Positions 1 through 13,463 of a stretch of 45,367 bases of DNA are shown here, in pieces (the first letter of the stretch is position 1; each line of letters opens with the position of its first letter). The position numbers and the translations under genes were made by a program. Location: positions 1-45,367 of the forward strand of contig MU271551.1 in the NCBI GenBank assembly GCA_021432655.1, given 5' to 3'. The stretch is from Atractiella rhizophila (Eukaryota). Below the pieces are notes generated by a model that saw only the letters and a list, made by a program, of their open reading frames with translations, was not told the DNA's origin and ran no database searches.

Positions 1-2402
1 TGATGGCGCTCTACGACAGGTGTGGCTCCTCCCGTCCTCCTCGCTATCGTCCTCGCTGTTCTCCCCATCGTCTTGCGAGGTTGGTGTTGTGTTAATCTGG
101 AGGCTACTACTGATGCGGTACAGCTTTGGCTTGGTACGAAAACTTGCCCCGTTACAGTTTGATCGACATGAGCGTCTACAAGAGATACTGTGGGCTTTCC
201 AACACTCCTTCTTCCTTCAGTTGAATTGATCATTGTCCACATAGACATCTTCCTCGCCCTGAACGGTTTCCTCGTGGTGACGCTGTCTAGCTCTTTGACG
301 ACTACTTTGACAAAGATTATCGACACGCCCACGGATGCCATCGAGGAGCTTGCTGGAAACCTTCCCAACAGCTCCATATTCTTCTTGACATACGTCAGTG
401 CGTCTTTCGCGTTTCCCTGTCGCTATCCATTTCCATCCTCTGAAAACCGTGGTCAGTCGCGCAGGGACTCACCGGTGCTGGCGGGGCACTTTTGCAGGCG
501 TTCCCCCTCATCCTTCATTTCGTGAAGAAGTGGTTGCTCGGAAGAACCCCGCGGCAGGCTTACGAAGTTGTGCGTCTTCTTCTTCCTTCCTAAATCAAGT
601 GGCAGCGAAAACTAAACCCTGGGTAGACTTTCCAAATGCCTCATGTACATTCTCTCCACTCTGTTGATTGTAGAGTTGACATGCGTGGCGGGCAAGGCTC
701 AATTCAGCGTGGTTTTGGCACAAATGACTCTGCTTTGTACCATTGCTTTAGCCTACAGGTTCGTTCTCTGCCTTGCAACCCTCCGGCGGTAGATGACAAC
801 TGTTGCGAAAGCGTCGTGTCTCCTATCATCAACCCACTTGCACTTGTTTGCTTCTCCAGTTTTTATGTAGCCTGGAAGTTCCTGCTCCTCTGGGTTTTTG
901 ATCAGAAGGCTGAGTCCGAGACTGGTGGGCTCTATGTTTGTCTTTCTTCAATTTCTCCGTGCGACGCTGATGGAAGCTATCAAGTTTCCCATTGCTATCA
1001 GCAACGTATGTGCGTCGTCTCCCTATTAACATAAACATTCTGCGGTCCACTGAATCCAAATAAACAGTCGTCGGTCTCTACATCCAGGCAATCTGCCTTG
1101 CTTCCCTCTTTGCTATTCGAGCGGCCGATAGCAGAGGATCTTTAGGACCTGCCATCTCTATGCTCGTACTCCTCGGAATCACGGCATTTTGTCACTTCTT
1201 CCTTCGAAAGGCGCTTGACCCACTTAGATATTATCTCCCAATTTCATTGGCGACTAAGAAGGCGATAGAGAGGTACAGAAAGATGAAGGACCGGAAACGG
1301 AACAGAGGTCCAAGTGTGGACCTTCCCCAGGCTGAGATGGATGTCGACCTTGAGGATGTCTTCTCGAAGCGGAGTATGCCTCTGCAATTGCTTAGGTGTT
1401 GACTGACTTCTCTAACTCAGATCTGAACGTTCTGATTCATCGTCGAGTTAAACCAAAGTTTCATGCAATGAAAGAAAACGTGGAAATGGTCGACCATGCA
1501 CTTGATCCTTTCACAAAGAAGATGGAGAAGGCAGCGCAGTCCGTCATAAACCCAGTCGCCGGAGCCTTGAAGCTGGACAGAAAATCTTCGGAGAAGAAGA
1601 GATCCAAGGAGAAAGGTCAAAGAAAGTCTTCCGAAGAACATGAACGAAAGATGGAAGACGAGAAGACACCTGAACAAAAGGCTCACGATGACAAGGTGAA
1701 AGAAGAGGAGGAGAAGCATGAGAAATTGGCAAAGAAGGAGGAGCAGAAGGAGGACAAGCCGCAAAAGGAGGTTCTGAACGAGCCGGGACCTCCTCCGGTA
1801 TGACTCTATTACTCTCTGAATCAATGGCTGCTAACGTTAGTGAAAGATGCTCGCCCTGGAGAAATCAGCTAAGAATGAGAAGGCAGTGGCTGCTGCCAAC
1901 CCAGACGATACGAGAAACGTGGATCCTGCAGATGTCGACGAGGGTGAAGAACTGAAAGATACGGAAGAGTTTGAAGAAGAGTTGGGTATGTCCCATGGGC
2001 CACTGCTGTAGGGTTCGGTTTACTCATGGATGGACAGACGAACATGCATTCGATCACCCGTCCCTCTTTTCGGATTGCACTTGGGTTTGACCTTCATTGT
2101 TTTAAGTACCTAACAATGCTGAGACTATAATTCAGGTCTGGATTCCTGAGGACGTCTACGGTTTCAGCAAGTTTCTGGTGGAGGATCTAAAGTCGAAAGG
2201 CATTCAGGTACGCATGAATTTGAGGAAGGAGAAGCACCTGACTGATAATCTATAGGCGTCGGATGCTGGCGCAACCATGAGCGCGAAGGGAGTTGTCGAG
2301 GTTACTCGCTCTCCACCAGACCAATTGTGGCTTGGGTGTGCTCTCCCTTCATCATCCTCCATACTTTTTCTGATCCATACTATCAGGGGCCACGATCATT
2401 GA
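1..2402 (+). CDS. OSCA/TMEM63 (Csc1/Rsn1/Phm7-like) calcium-permeable cation channel, 3' part, multi-exon; 5' end lies outside the window
   Basis: Exon peptides FLALNGFLVVTLSS, LAGNLPNSSIFFLTY, SPIINPLA, YVAWKFLLLWVFDQKAESETGG, a Lys/Glu-rich loop, then AFDHPSL and WIPEDVYGFSK typical of the PHM7/RSN1 C-terminus. Short GT-AG introns; stop TGA at 2400-2402. Confidence 0.85.
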
Positions 2403-3373
2403 TTTTTCATGTACATTCTTCACTTATTTGGACATTGCTGGATGGATACCCAACATCGCCCTACACACGATATACCTTTTAACTTCTAATTGTATATTTA
2501 GCTGCGTGCCTGCAGGCTCCGTCAGCAGGATTGAATACAAGTCCTCGGGTCTTACCATTAATGTTGTTGCCCTGGTCTATGCGCTGGCACCTACATCGCA
2601 GGCTCAGATTCGACAACAAGAGATTATCCAGTGAACTTCAAGAGATAACACACAGCTGGTTAGATGGGTTCAGGAGACAAGTTCAGCAATTCTCTTCAGT
2701 CGCTGAGGTGACTTCAAGTTTGCGCTTCTCAAAGCAGACGTCTGTGCTGCAGTGATGCTTGTCAACCTTGTGCAAAAACCTCGATAACACAGTCACTTCC
2801 CGCTTTCCAGAGATATCAGAACCTACCGATTGCGCCGAATTAATCCAACCAAAAGTTTTAAGACCTCATGGTCTTGCACAATGAGACGATTCGTTTCTTT
2901 ATAGGATGAGAGTTGAATCAAGTCTGCAGAAGGACAGGAGATGGTTATTCGTCTCATCCACATACAACTTGCTTACTTCGATTTGGCCACAAAAGACATC
3001 AGTGTTTTGCTCCTCATTGGGTTGGACCCAGGCAATGGCCTATTTGTCCTTTGAAGAATAATGCTGCCTTTGAGGAACAGATTGTCGTTCCCATTCCTCG
3101 CTTCCATGATGAATACTCGATGACTGCCTGTCCGCCAGATGACTTTAAAATTGGAATGATGCAGGTTCGTCTCAGGAGTAGAAGGATGGAAACAATACAA
3201 TGATACAGTACCACGACCGATACCTAGTAGCGGTATTACAACGAGACAACCGAACGAAAGCTAATACAGCACTGATGAGGCCATGACTCTCCTTCACGAT
3301 TAGGGAAGTGAGATCCAGGCCGAAGGTCCATTACGAACTCCAAAAAGGGTAGAAAAGCAGGAGACGGAGGTAA

Positions 3374-6300
3374 TTAAGCACTAGGGTAGACAGGTCCATA
3401 AGAGAAAAGGTTGAAAAGATCGTCGTCGAGAACTGCCGACAGGTTATTCCACAATGGCGGCGGAATATGTGCGGCGTCCGGAGGCATGGGGAGCGGCGGA
3501 AGGACGTGAGGGAAGACGACGGCAGGCTCGAATCTGTGGAGTAGGTCAGGGTGCCGGTGGAGCTCGAAATTGGCTTCCGTTTCCTCTGGGGTAGGCAACG
3601 AGTTTCCGTGTCCCGTCCCCTGCGAGGTCACGCTCCCACTCACGCTGCCGCTCCCACTTGTGTTCACACTCACATTCAAGTTTTCGTTCCCATGCCCATT
3701 CGAGTGCTGTGGATACGAAAGCGGGTGGGGAGGTAGGTGGTTGTAACCGTTTTGAGTGGCGAGTTTACCCACCGTGAGGTTATTGGCATAGACGGATTGT
3801 TGTTTCGTTTCGAAACCGGGATGGAAGTCCTGACTGATGACGGGCTGAGGGAAGGGAGAAGGATCGTCGTGTCTCTTGGCGAGGCAGTACGACACTTGGT
3901 CCTCGCTCATCGTTTTACCTCCCTGACCTTGCAACACCGTCGCCGCCCGCTCCTGCCAGACTTTCATCAGGCTCCGCACGAGGCCGGCGAGACGAGTCAA
4001 GGTTGAAGGAGGACAGAGAGAGATCTTGTCTAGCAGCTTTGTGAGGAGCTTGAATGTGTCTTCAGCAAAGTCGAGACAGCGTCGCCAGCCCGAGACCGTA
4101 ATCACGCTAAATGAGAGATCGATCAGTTTTTGAACTTCCGTGTGTGTATGAGGAAAGACATACTGGATTTTTACGAGCAGTGCAGCTGAGTAGGTTAAGA
4201 CGAGTGCGTGTGTGTCCGTCCAAGAAGTGAGGTGTTTGATGTCCAACGTGTTCCCCAAAATCACTATCGAAGATGGCCACAGCAACATTGTCAGTCCACT
4301 CACAAGATGAAAAGGCAGAGGGAAGACTGACGAATGATGAGGTCCTCAAGCGCACCACAAACGCGTCTAGCCAACAGATTGACTCCCTCTTTAAACACCT
4401 TCGCGACCTCCTCCTGCTCCCTCGTCATCTCCTGCCCCATGCCCATCCCCGGCTCCACATTCGAATTCGCATTCGCATTCGCACTCGGATTGGGCATCAC
4501 ATTCCCGTTCGCGTCTACCGCATTGAGGGGAACCATGAGTCTGAGCCGCATGACGGCGTGAAAACAGATGGTGGTTTGGCAGAAGTGCGAGAGTGCGTTG
4601 AGGGCAGTGAAGAACGGCGTTTGGATTTCGTCCGCAACAGCTATCCCATGCAATCCGATTTTAAGCATTTCTATCAGTATACATTGACTGTAGAAGGGAG
4701 CTACGAACCTGCGATCCTGACGAAAGCTCTATTCCACCCCTCAAATTCCCTCAAGCCTCCGCTACCGCTCAACACGCTCTCCGAAAAGAGAGCGATCTCA
4801 TGTGCCACGAACGCCTCAGCATGATACGCAGCGATGAACCTAAGCGCATGTTCCGTGATCGTAAGCAGTCTCGCCTGGAGTATGAGTCTTGCCTCATCAG
4901 GGCGAGCAGGGTCGAGGGGACCGAGAGCGGATTCGATGTCCTCGATGCCCGCCAGCCGGGGGAGGTTGCCGTTCTGGAGGTCGTGTACGGCCTGTGTGAG
5001 GGAGAGGGAGAACCAGAGTCTGCGAGAGGATGCGTCCGCGCTCTTTCCCAGCCTCTGCTCCCTCGCACCCGCCAGTGCGCGGTCGAGGAAGACGGCGCCG
5101 TTACCGTACTCTCCGCCTCCGAGACCGGAATTGGTCGTCCAGGAGTAGGGGAGCCAGAGGGATAGTATGTGGTAGGCTTGGATGGTGGGGAGGTCGAGAG
5201 GGAGGGTGGAGATGAGGGAGCGGAGGAGGTGGGTCGTCACTGTGGTTTCTAGCTGGGAGAGAATTTGTGAGGGTAGGGGAGGAGAGGCGTGTCGGGAGGA
5301 GAGGAGGCGACGGAGAGAAGTGAGGAGGGGGGTTGAGGCGGAAATGAAATAGCACAAGAAAGGAGCATAGAGTTCCTCCCACCTGTGAAATCGTCATGCA
5401 TCAGCGGAATGTATCAGTGGTCTAGGAAACGAACAGAGCGTCCAACATCTCGAATCCCTCCTTCCGCTCTTCTTCTCCATTTGCTCGCCCTCCACCTTCG
5501 CTGCGTCGTACCAAACTAGCCATCAAAGGGGTCGGGTTCCCCCAAATCTCGAGAGGAAGGGGACGCTCATCAGACCCACGCCGGTCGTCGGAGCGAAGGG
5601 CCCGGGTGTCGTTCAAGAACCTGGTAAACTACACACCAAACGTAGTGCAAAAATTTCATAGTCAGTCGAGATTCTTATGGAAGTTTGCTGTGGATGGAGG
5701 ATGGAAGATGGGGACATACGGGCTCAGGGGTGGAGTCGAGAGCATGGATGAGCGAGGCATCCATCCCGTCGCGAGGTTCAGCGATGGATGGGCGCTCGAT
5801 CGCCGTCGTTGGACTCCCGTTTAGCGTCACAGTTGGTGGGGAGAGGCGTTGGGTTTGGAGACCGGGTGGGTGTGTAGGTCGCTTGGGTCCCCGCGGTTTG
5901 TAGGAGGACGAGTGGGATGGCGGGGAGTAGAGGTCGAGGAAGGAACAGGGTATGGAAAGCACTGTCCATTCGTTTTATCAGTCATTTGTGTCTTGCAATG
6001 TTAAGTTAAGTAAGGGAGGGAATGAACCACCTTTGCATCTGTGACACCTGACGCCCTCCGTCAAGTGCTGGTCGGACACATCGACTTCGCATCTCGTTTT
6101 CTACGTGCGCCAGCACAATCCACGACAATGTCAGCTCCCATCCACAGTTACTGAGCGTTCCGAGACACTCTTCAAGTTGTCCGGGAAGGAGGAGATGGAG
6201 AGAGCAATTACCTGCTTCCTACACTGGTTGCACGCCTTCGACGTCCTCGGCCGCTGTCCCAGAACACATCAGCTACCTCCTTTTCGCCAGCAAATGCCAC

Positions 6301-6441
6301 TGCAGACGAAAGCACGGAGGGTGGCAGTGACATGGGCTGCAGACGCACCTTTACACCAGGGATCATTCGCCCATCCCGTCCGTCGGGAGGGCTCGCCTGG
6401 CGCTTCGCTGGCGCTGGTGCGCTGTCAGTGTGCTCGTCCAT
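3374..6441 (-). CDS. Zn(II)2Cys6 fungal transcription factor, multi-exon
   Basis: Splicing exons at ~6210-6255, ~6030-6100 and ~5960 gives RTSKACNQCRKQKTRCEVDVSDQHLTEGVRCHRCKVLSIPCSF, a six-cysteine binuclear cluster. Downstream ORFs 4701-5357, 4300-4668 and 3374-4303 supply the middle region and a low-complexity C-terminus. Confidence 0.88.
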
Positions 6442-6565
6442 CTCTCAGCTGCGATGACGCTGCGCCTGAGAAATTATGATTGTTGGACGGCTGAAATTAC
6501 AGGAAACGCGAGCGCGCGAAAATATTAGGTAAGCGTTGTCATTTATCTTATCCCGTAGTCTAGGA

Positions 6566-7911
6566 CTACAGTCTGGCGGAGATCAAATGCAGATCAGATA
6601 ACAGGTCATGGTTCTCCTGGACATACTGCAGATTCTCATTCATAACAATAGCGCATGAAAACAGACGGTTGTTGTATGCAGTTTCTCCCATTTTAAATGC
6701 TAAAACAAATCGCCCGGCTAGCTCTTGATCTCGTTTTACCTCTGCAAGATTCATGATTGTCAAGACATTCAAATCTGAAATACGCATCTGAATTCGCATC
6801 GACATGACAAGCGTTCAACAATGCCAAACAAAGCTCATTGAGTTTCATTTTGCGCTTGCCTTTCGGTATGCAACGGTACTCTGCCTCAGGCAAAACATTT
6901 CACACTTAACGCCTTTTCCTCCTTAATGTCGTCAACAAAATCTCGAGTTTTCAGGTACACAATAAAGGTACAGACAAAATAGATAACAAGAGCAGCGACA
7001 GGGTTGTTTGAGTTAGTTAGGCTGAGACTTGAGCTCAACGAGCTGCACGTCCCAGAGCTTCGCAACTTTCTCGATCGATTCTCTGGGAAAGACATTAGCT
7101 CTAGCTCTACTCATCTGCACAGACATCTAAGTGATGCCAGGGAGCGACACCATGACGTCCGTCTGATGCGACAGCTCAGGTTCAGCTCCATCCCGACCTT
7201 CTTCGCAAAGGGCTAGCCGATGTTAAAGAAAGCGTAGGCCCCGAAGACCTCCCGGTTGCGGGATGACACTGGTGTTCTTGAAGTCGATGATCTAGCCCCT
7301 TGTCTGTTTGATGTCGGAGTGGCAGATCCGTCGATGCTCCCCGAATATTTTCAAGACGTTTTCGTCCGACTGTTGACGGATTTTCGCCTACGGCGCTGAG
7401 ATGCCTATGAGGAAAGTGTCGGCGCTTCATTCTGCCCGAAGAACCTATGCCACACAGGAACCGCCTTAGATACCTATATATCCTTCCAAAAATTGTCTGG
7501 GACCATAGGGACCTGATCCTCGAGCCATTTCACGGCAGACGCAGCAAGGTGAACAGTTCTATCCTCCCATTCAGCATGTTTTGACCTCGACCACCTTCTC
7601 ATGACGATATAATAGTCGCGAGAATAGAGCACATTGATAACTCTAAGGATTCGAGGGGTCGAGCTGTCGGTTTTGGTGAGGTTTTGAAAGAACACTTGAA
7701 TGCTGGTCTTGGCGAAGGCGTCGTGGCTGCAGCTTTTGATGATGCGGTGGTAGTGCTGGAAGCCTGAGCGCGGTTCCATCCCACCAGAGTCAGATGCTTT
7801 CAGCCTATGTAGCTCGTCGAGTATGGTCGCAAGCTCTGCAGAACTCGTGTGGTAGAGTGGTGAAGAGAATATGGTCAGAAATCTGGAGCTCCCCCAGTTG
7901 CTAATGACCAT
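6566..7911 (-). pseudogene. Possible degenerate or hypothetical gene, family not recognised
   Basis: Several co-oriented protein-like ORF fragments (7474-7911, 6693-6893, 6566-6805) separated by stops; no motif recognised. Confidence 0.25.
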
Positions 7912-8843
7912 ATCGTATTGTGAGAATGTATGTATGTAGGGTCTGTGGAGAGAGGTAGCTCAACTAGGAGGCAGGCTGCGAGGGCGGAAGAGAAAATCGA
8001 AAATTACGGGCAACTTGAAGTTGATCATGTGGTTAGCCAATACGTCGACGTTCGACAAAAGGGGAAACGTCAAACGTCAGCGCTTCAGCCCTTAATATGG
8101 ACGGTACCGTTGGGGGTAAGGCAGAGAATACATTTGAGATTCTCACTCTCATGCACAACAGAGCGGAAGCAGACTCTGAGCCATATATTTCCCTTGCCCG
8201 CGTTTACGGCATGTAATATTCTGTAACATCCAAGTTTCCGTTTACAGACAAATATCATGATACCAGAACACACAAATCAGATTTGGATGCAAAATGCCAG
8301 CCGTTCAACAAAGACAAACAAAAGTCTGTTGAGTTCTTTGTTCGCTTACTTTCTCCCAAATCTGCTCCCGCGTGCACCGCCACGAGGCCTGTGCGGGCGT
8401 TTCATCGAACAAAGAACATAGGAGTCTTTGTTCCCGGACTCGTGGGCGCTGGGTCCTCGAACGTTCGAACGCCTAAAGGACATGAGGAACTTAATCTTGC
8501 ATCGATTGTGTTGGGGAGAGCGTTAGGGAGTACCGGGGGAAGGAGAGAACAAGGGGGAGGATGAAAGGGAGAGGTGAAAGGGAGGTCGGACGCAGGACGC
8601 AGGATGCAGGCATCGAAAAGGTATAAAAGCGCTACTGTTTTCAAGGAGGTTGCTTCTCATCCAATCCAACACAGCTACTCTCATACCCACCTCGAGTGAC
8701 CATCGCTCAGCTTCAGCTTCAGCATAGCATAGCATAAACTTGCATTTTTTTAAATCATCGCTTTAATTCTCACCATCGCCATCTGCACTTGAAACGAAGT
8801 CTTCCTCAAAGTTCAAACGTTCAAGCTTCGAAAGGAAATCAAC

Positions 8844-9383
8844 ATGTCGACCTTCACCTTCGCCTTCTACGACCCCCACAGGCGCCAATACCTCCTCCTC
8901 TCCAACCCTCCGTCCGGGTCCCTCTCCAACAACCCGACCTACCTCTCCGAGCAATACGTCGCCGCCCACTCACCTTCGGCATCTTCCTCCTCCTCATCGT
9001 CCTCCTACAAGGGAGGACCAATTCAGACCACGGGATTCGTGCACTACCATGGACCAGGGAAGAGAACGACGTTCTCGCAGGCCGGCGTCCCTCCGTAAGC
9101 CTACCGTCCCTCCAACCCGTATTCCTCACTAAACAGCCCGAATGAACGGATTAGGTCGCCGCCCTCGTCGGAGGCGAGTCTGTCCGGCAGAACGCGCGAG
9201 TCGACCCCTGTCTGGCCCCCCGAGAGAGCGGAAGGCGTGGTTGAGCTTCCTCAGTCCCTTTTGAACGTTCTCGGAGGAGGAGGCGGAGAGAGGGTGATCG
9301 ATGAGAGGACCTATGATGAGATCGTCAGGGCGGTCGAGGAGGAGAGGATGGCGATGTTAAGGGGTGGTGGAAGGAGGTTCTGA
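8844..9383 (+). CDS. Small hypothetical Ser/Pro-rich protein (~159 aa), two exons (8844-9094, 9154-9383)
   Basis: ATG in a CAACATG context; GTAAGC...TAG intron joins in frame to SPPSSEASL...VIDERTYDEIVRAVEEERMAMLRGGGRRF*; TATAAAA at ~8622. Confidence 0.65.
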
Positions 9384-9872
9384 ATCGTCTGGATCCTCAT
9401 CCAGCCCTCATCTTCCCCTTTATCGTTGATCGATGGTCGTCCTCATGGAGGAGGAGTCAGGTGTCCCGTCGTTTATTACCTTCGCATCGCATTTTGTTTT
9501 CAGTCGTTCTTCTCTCTACTTTACAGTTTATGGTTATTGGTTATTCGTCCTCGCATGTTTGGTCTGGTCTGGTGCATTGTACATAGCTCGCCTGTTCATA
9601 CGCATACTTCTCTTCCCGCTTCAGTGTTTCATGCCCCGTTCTCTTTTCTCGTCGTTTTGCAGCGCTAGTAGTGCTCGTCAGCTGTGCTTCGCATGATACC
9701 TTACTTATTCCTTATTCATCCGCATACTTAATCAATGCATTATATGCCCTATGCTTTCACTCCAATACTTGAGAAGAGAGAAATAAGGAGCTGGTCCTTG
9801 CTGGTACGGTAAATAGCGTGCCTGAAGTTTGAAAGAATATGTAGCATTATCGCAGGGATAAAGGAGGCACAA

Positions 9873-11138
9873 TCATGTCATCCTCGGAGCGAGATCCTTC
9901 AGTCCGAACTGACCTCCTGTGAGGAGGGCTATTGTAATGGGATTGAACCAAGTGAGAAACCAACAGATGGTGGAGAACTTGGATGTCCACCATCTGGCCG
10001 GCGTCTTCTTAGCAAGCATCACGGCTACGACTCTGTCGCTGAATTCTTCGAGGGACGTTGAAGATGGGCTTTGGATGGCTCTTTGGATCTGGGGCCAGAT
10101 GGAGGAGTAGACCGAGCCTAATCCATCGTCCATTCGTCTGGTCAACATATGGTCACCAGAAGAAAGGGAAGAAGCGGACTAGAAGGCAAAGAGGCTGTCT
10201 CGAGCTCCTTCGGCACCCCAGGAGTTACCGTCGAGCCAACGAAGACATTGCTGACCTGGACGTCGAAGGGGGAGAGTTCGGCGGCCAAATGGGCAGAGTA
10301 CGCTTGGAGAGCGGACTTGGAGGAGGAATATACGCCTTGCCAGAACGCGCCGGGGCTTCACGCGTTTCAACTCAGAATCAGAAGTTCGTGGCACAGATGG
10401 AGGTGAATGGGACCCACGCTGCTCCCGCTATTGAGTTGATGTTCAGTATTTTCCCTGAACGGCGCGATATCATGTGTGGTGCTACTAGGTTGGTGAGACG
10501 AACGACACCAAACAACTGAGGCAGGCGGTGGTAAGTGTGAATGTGAGAGGAGATGGAGCGAACTCACGTTGACGTCGAACACCTGTTGATATGTTTCCAC
10601 CGGCGCATCAATCAGAGGCATTAGGCAACAGGCAACCCCTGCGTTATTTCTTGTGAAAAAGGATCAGACAACTTCATCTCTATATTTCGTCAAGCCAGAA
10701 GAAACGAATGGCGCACATGAGGATGTCGATCTTCCCTTCACTTCGCTCGTCTGATAGACATGCTTCAACTGCTGCTTGGACTGAAGATTGATCTGTGACG
10801 TCGAGGGGGAGCAGGATGCATCCCAGCTCTTTGTTTAAAACTCTATCAGTTACCTACACAGCAGCGTAAAGATCGTACCTGACAGTCCTCTCATCTTGGA
10901 GACGTCTCGTGCCGTTGCGAAAACAGTACAACCTTTCTAGTATCCAGTGAGGAGCTAGTTATTCTTGAACTCAGAGTCCAAGACGAAAGGGAGGCTGACT
11001 TGTGCGAATGCTCGACTCATTCCCCATCTGCCATTCATAAAATGCTGTCAGCTTGATACTGCTCAGGCTAGAAGAGGAGCAAACGAGCCCCAATCCTCCT
11101 TCAGAACATCCCGTGATAAACACTGTGGTCCCGCTCAT
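9873..11138 (-). CDS. AYR1: Short-chain dehydrogenase/reductase, Ayr1-like (1-acyl-DHAP reductase), multi-exon
   Basis: Spliced N-terminus MSGTTVFITGCSEGGLGWGMSRAFAQKGCTVFATARDVSKM (TGxxxGxG motif); NNAG motif; VFDVNV; catalytic YSSSK at ~10316-10330. Confidence 0.8.
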
Positions 11139-12339
11139 TTTCTCGACAGAAAGGCACGAGACTAGCGAGTTCTATTCGCCCTTTATATATTATGGCAAAC
11201 CGGCAAGGAAGGAATCTTTCGACGTGGAAACCGCTACAGGATGCGGTGTTGTATGAAAGGTGTGCGCCGTATGAGGATCGAACAGAAAGCCTGTAGACCT
11301 TCTCGTCTTTTCTTGCCATCAAACCAATGTGGGTAACAAATAACTCAACTTTTCGGGATCAAGTCTCTGATTTCATCCCCGTACTATAACGTGAGTGAGG
11401 GTCTGTCATCGTCTGTGCCCCGTGTAACTAAAGAAGCGCAATACATTTACATATTTACATTGGTGCCAGCACGGATTCCGACCGCCTTTTCCCTTTCGTC
11501 CTTTCGTGATGAAAGACTCTGAGCCTGAGAGTTTCTTATACTCTAGTTAGTACTGAATAACGTGTCAAAGGCGAACTGGGAGGGCAAGGGATTGGGAGGT
11601 GGTATGGAGGACTAGTCGTTGCCTTCTTATCAATCGTGACTGCGCAATGCAATTGTGCGCGTCCCAATTCTTTCTCCAACATTTCATGTTATGCCTTTTG
11701 AAAATGCAGTTTTCTCAAGAATGTTTCTTGGGAGCACCAAAAAAAACTCTCAATCGGGTACACGAGCTTCTGAATTTCTGTCGAGCTAGTCTTGCAAGGA
11801 AGCTGTGGTCGTTAACTTCTATCGATTCTCGAAACTCCAATTATGCATAGCGGAAGGATGTTTCTCTTCCACAGGTAGTCGAATAAGCGTGGAATAGAAA
11901 CCGAACGTTATAACTCTCGAATCCGACGTGAGTTACCTCTTAAATAGCAGATCCATGTCTGAGAGAGAAGGCTTCAAAAGCCAAAAAGACAGGCTTGATG
12001 TTCGTTTCCAAAAGGGCTTCCCTTTCACTCAATTAAAAGAGCCCAGGATAAGAAAGGGAAGGCGAGCAGCTCTTCGCGTAGGCTTATGGCAAGGAAGCAG
12101 AAAGCTCCTCATCCTCGAAAATGCTGAAACGCTCAGAGGCTACCCCACAGACAAATGTGAGCGCTTTATCGCGTTATCAAATGGCACTGTAAATCTCATC
12201 ATGTGGTCAAGCATTCTAGGAAAAGGAATCTAGTTCAGAGCCTGACGACTTGCAACAGCATCCGAATCGGAGCAAGTTCGTTCACCATTAATCCCCTTGA
12301 CCAAACCCCGGGGCATTTTTCATATCGATAGGCCTCAAA

Positions 12340-12891
12340 ACTCGATCCTTCAAAGGTATTGGACTGACCAATATCAATTCAGCTACTGGTAAAGCAAAAT
12401 CCGATGCCCTGTCAAAAGTATTACTTGTTGGATTTTGTCGACGGCGAACACCGCGAACGGCCTTCTTGCGCCATGGCCCACAAGAACATCAAAACGTTTC
12501 TCCTGGCTACAATTTGACGATGGAGCAAAGGATCCAATATACGAGAGGAAATATGGCATCAGATATTCTAGAGGTAACATATTGCCCCGTTGCCAGTCCT
12601 CATGAAGTAATTCCGCGCAACTGCTCTTTCAAGTATGTCTTGAGTATCATGACCGTTGAAGAAGAGAGAAAGTTGCGAGTAAAATGGGGAATAGTTTCGC
12701 AACTAGATGTTTTGTATGTCGCATTCCACCTTTTCCTGGCCTCGTCTCCGTCTTTGCTGCCTGAGCTAGATCCGAATAAGGTGAGGGATATGCCTTTGCT
12801 TACGACCTTCAGGTTACATGAACTGAACAACCGCTCAGCCACTGAGCCAACAGGATACATTACTTTGCGAAGCATGGTACGATCGAATTGA
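12340..12891 (+). other. Hypothetical or degenerate ORF, unrecognised
   Basis: ORF 12466-12891 with protein-like composition; no motif and no clear gene model. Confidence 0.2.
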
Positions 12892-13463
12892 AAGATGGCA
12901 AATATCAACGAACGGCAAGGAGACCTATCTGCAGGCATGTCAGAGGAGAAAACTATTCACAGGGATACTGGCTGGCGTGGAACGTGCAAGGGTTCCAGCG
13001 AAGAATTCAGGCACAAACAATGTGCTTCGAAGAAGGTCTGCACGCTTTCTGAGTGACTCCGTTTAGTTTGGCAAGGCTTTTAGACTGGGAAGGTGGGGCT
13101 ACCCGTTCTCAAGGAAACGGAAACTGTAGAAGAAGAACGCAGAGGCTAGTAGTCAAAGTAGCAAGGATGGTGAGAGCGAGAGCGATTTAGGCACAGAGTT
13201 GAAAACCTCACTATGCATCTCTTCCAATCTTGCCTTACGATCCTGACTTCCACTCGGTGCACACTCTAAGTGGTTAGCTGATAGTGTCGTTGGGTCAATA
13301 GTTCTTCTATCGAAGTATCGTGAAAGCATTGTTGAGCAAAAAATCACAAAAGAATCACCTGACACCTTGAGAACTAAACGCAAAACGAAGCACATATTCT
13401 ACGAGTACAACAGTTCCAAAGTCCACAAACAATTCGACGGCATTAAAGGCTTTCTTGGAAAAA

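Noticed and set aside
1417..1824. Long antisense ORFs (also 4273-4824, 35007-35558, 40368-41000)
   Set aside because: Shadows of real coding sequence on the opposite strand; no independent motifs.
2480..3290. Possible small spliced gene on the minus strand between the channel and the transcription factor
   Set aside because: Some splice-like signals, but I could not build a consistent model or recognise a motif.
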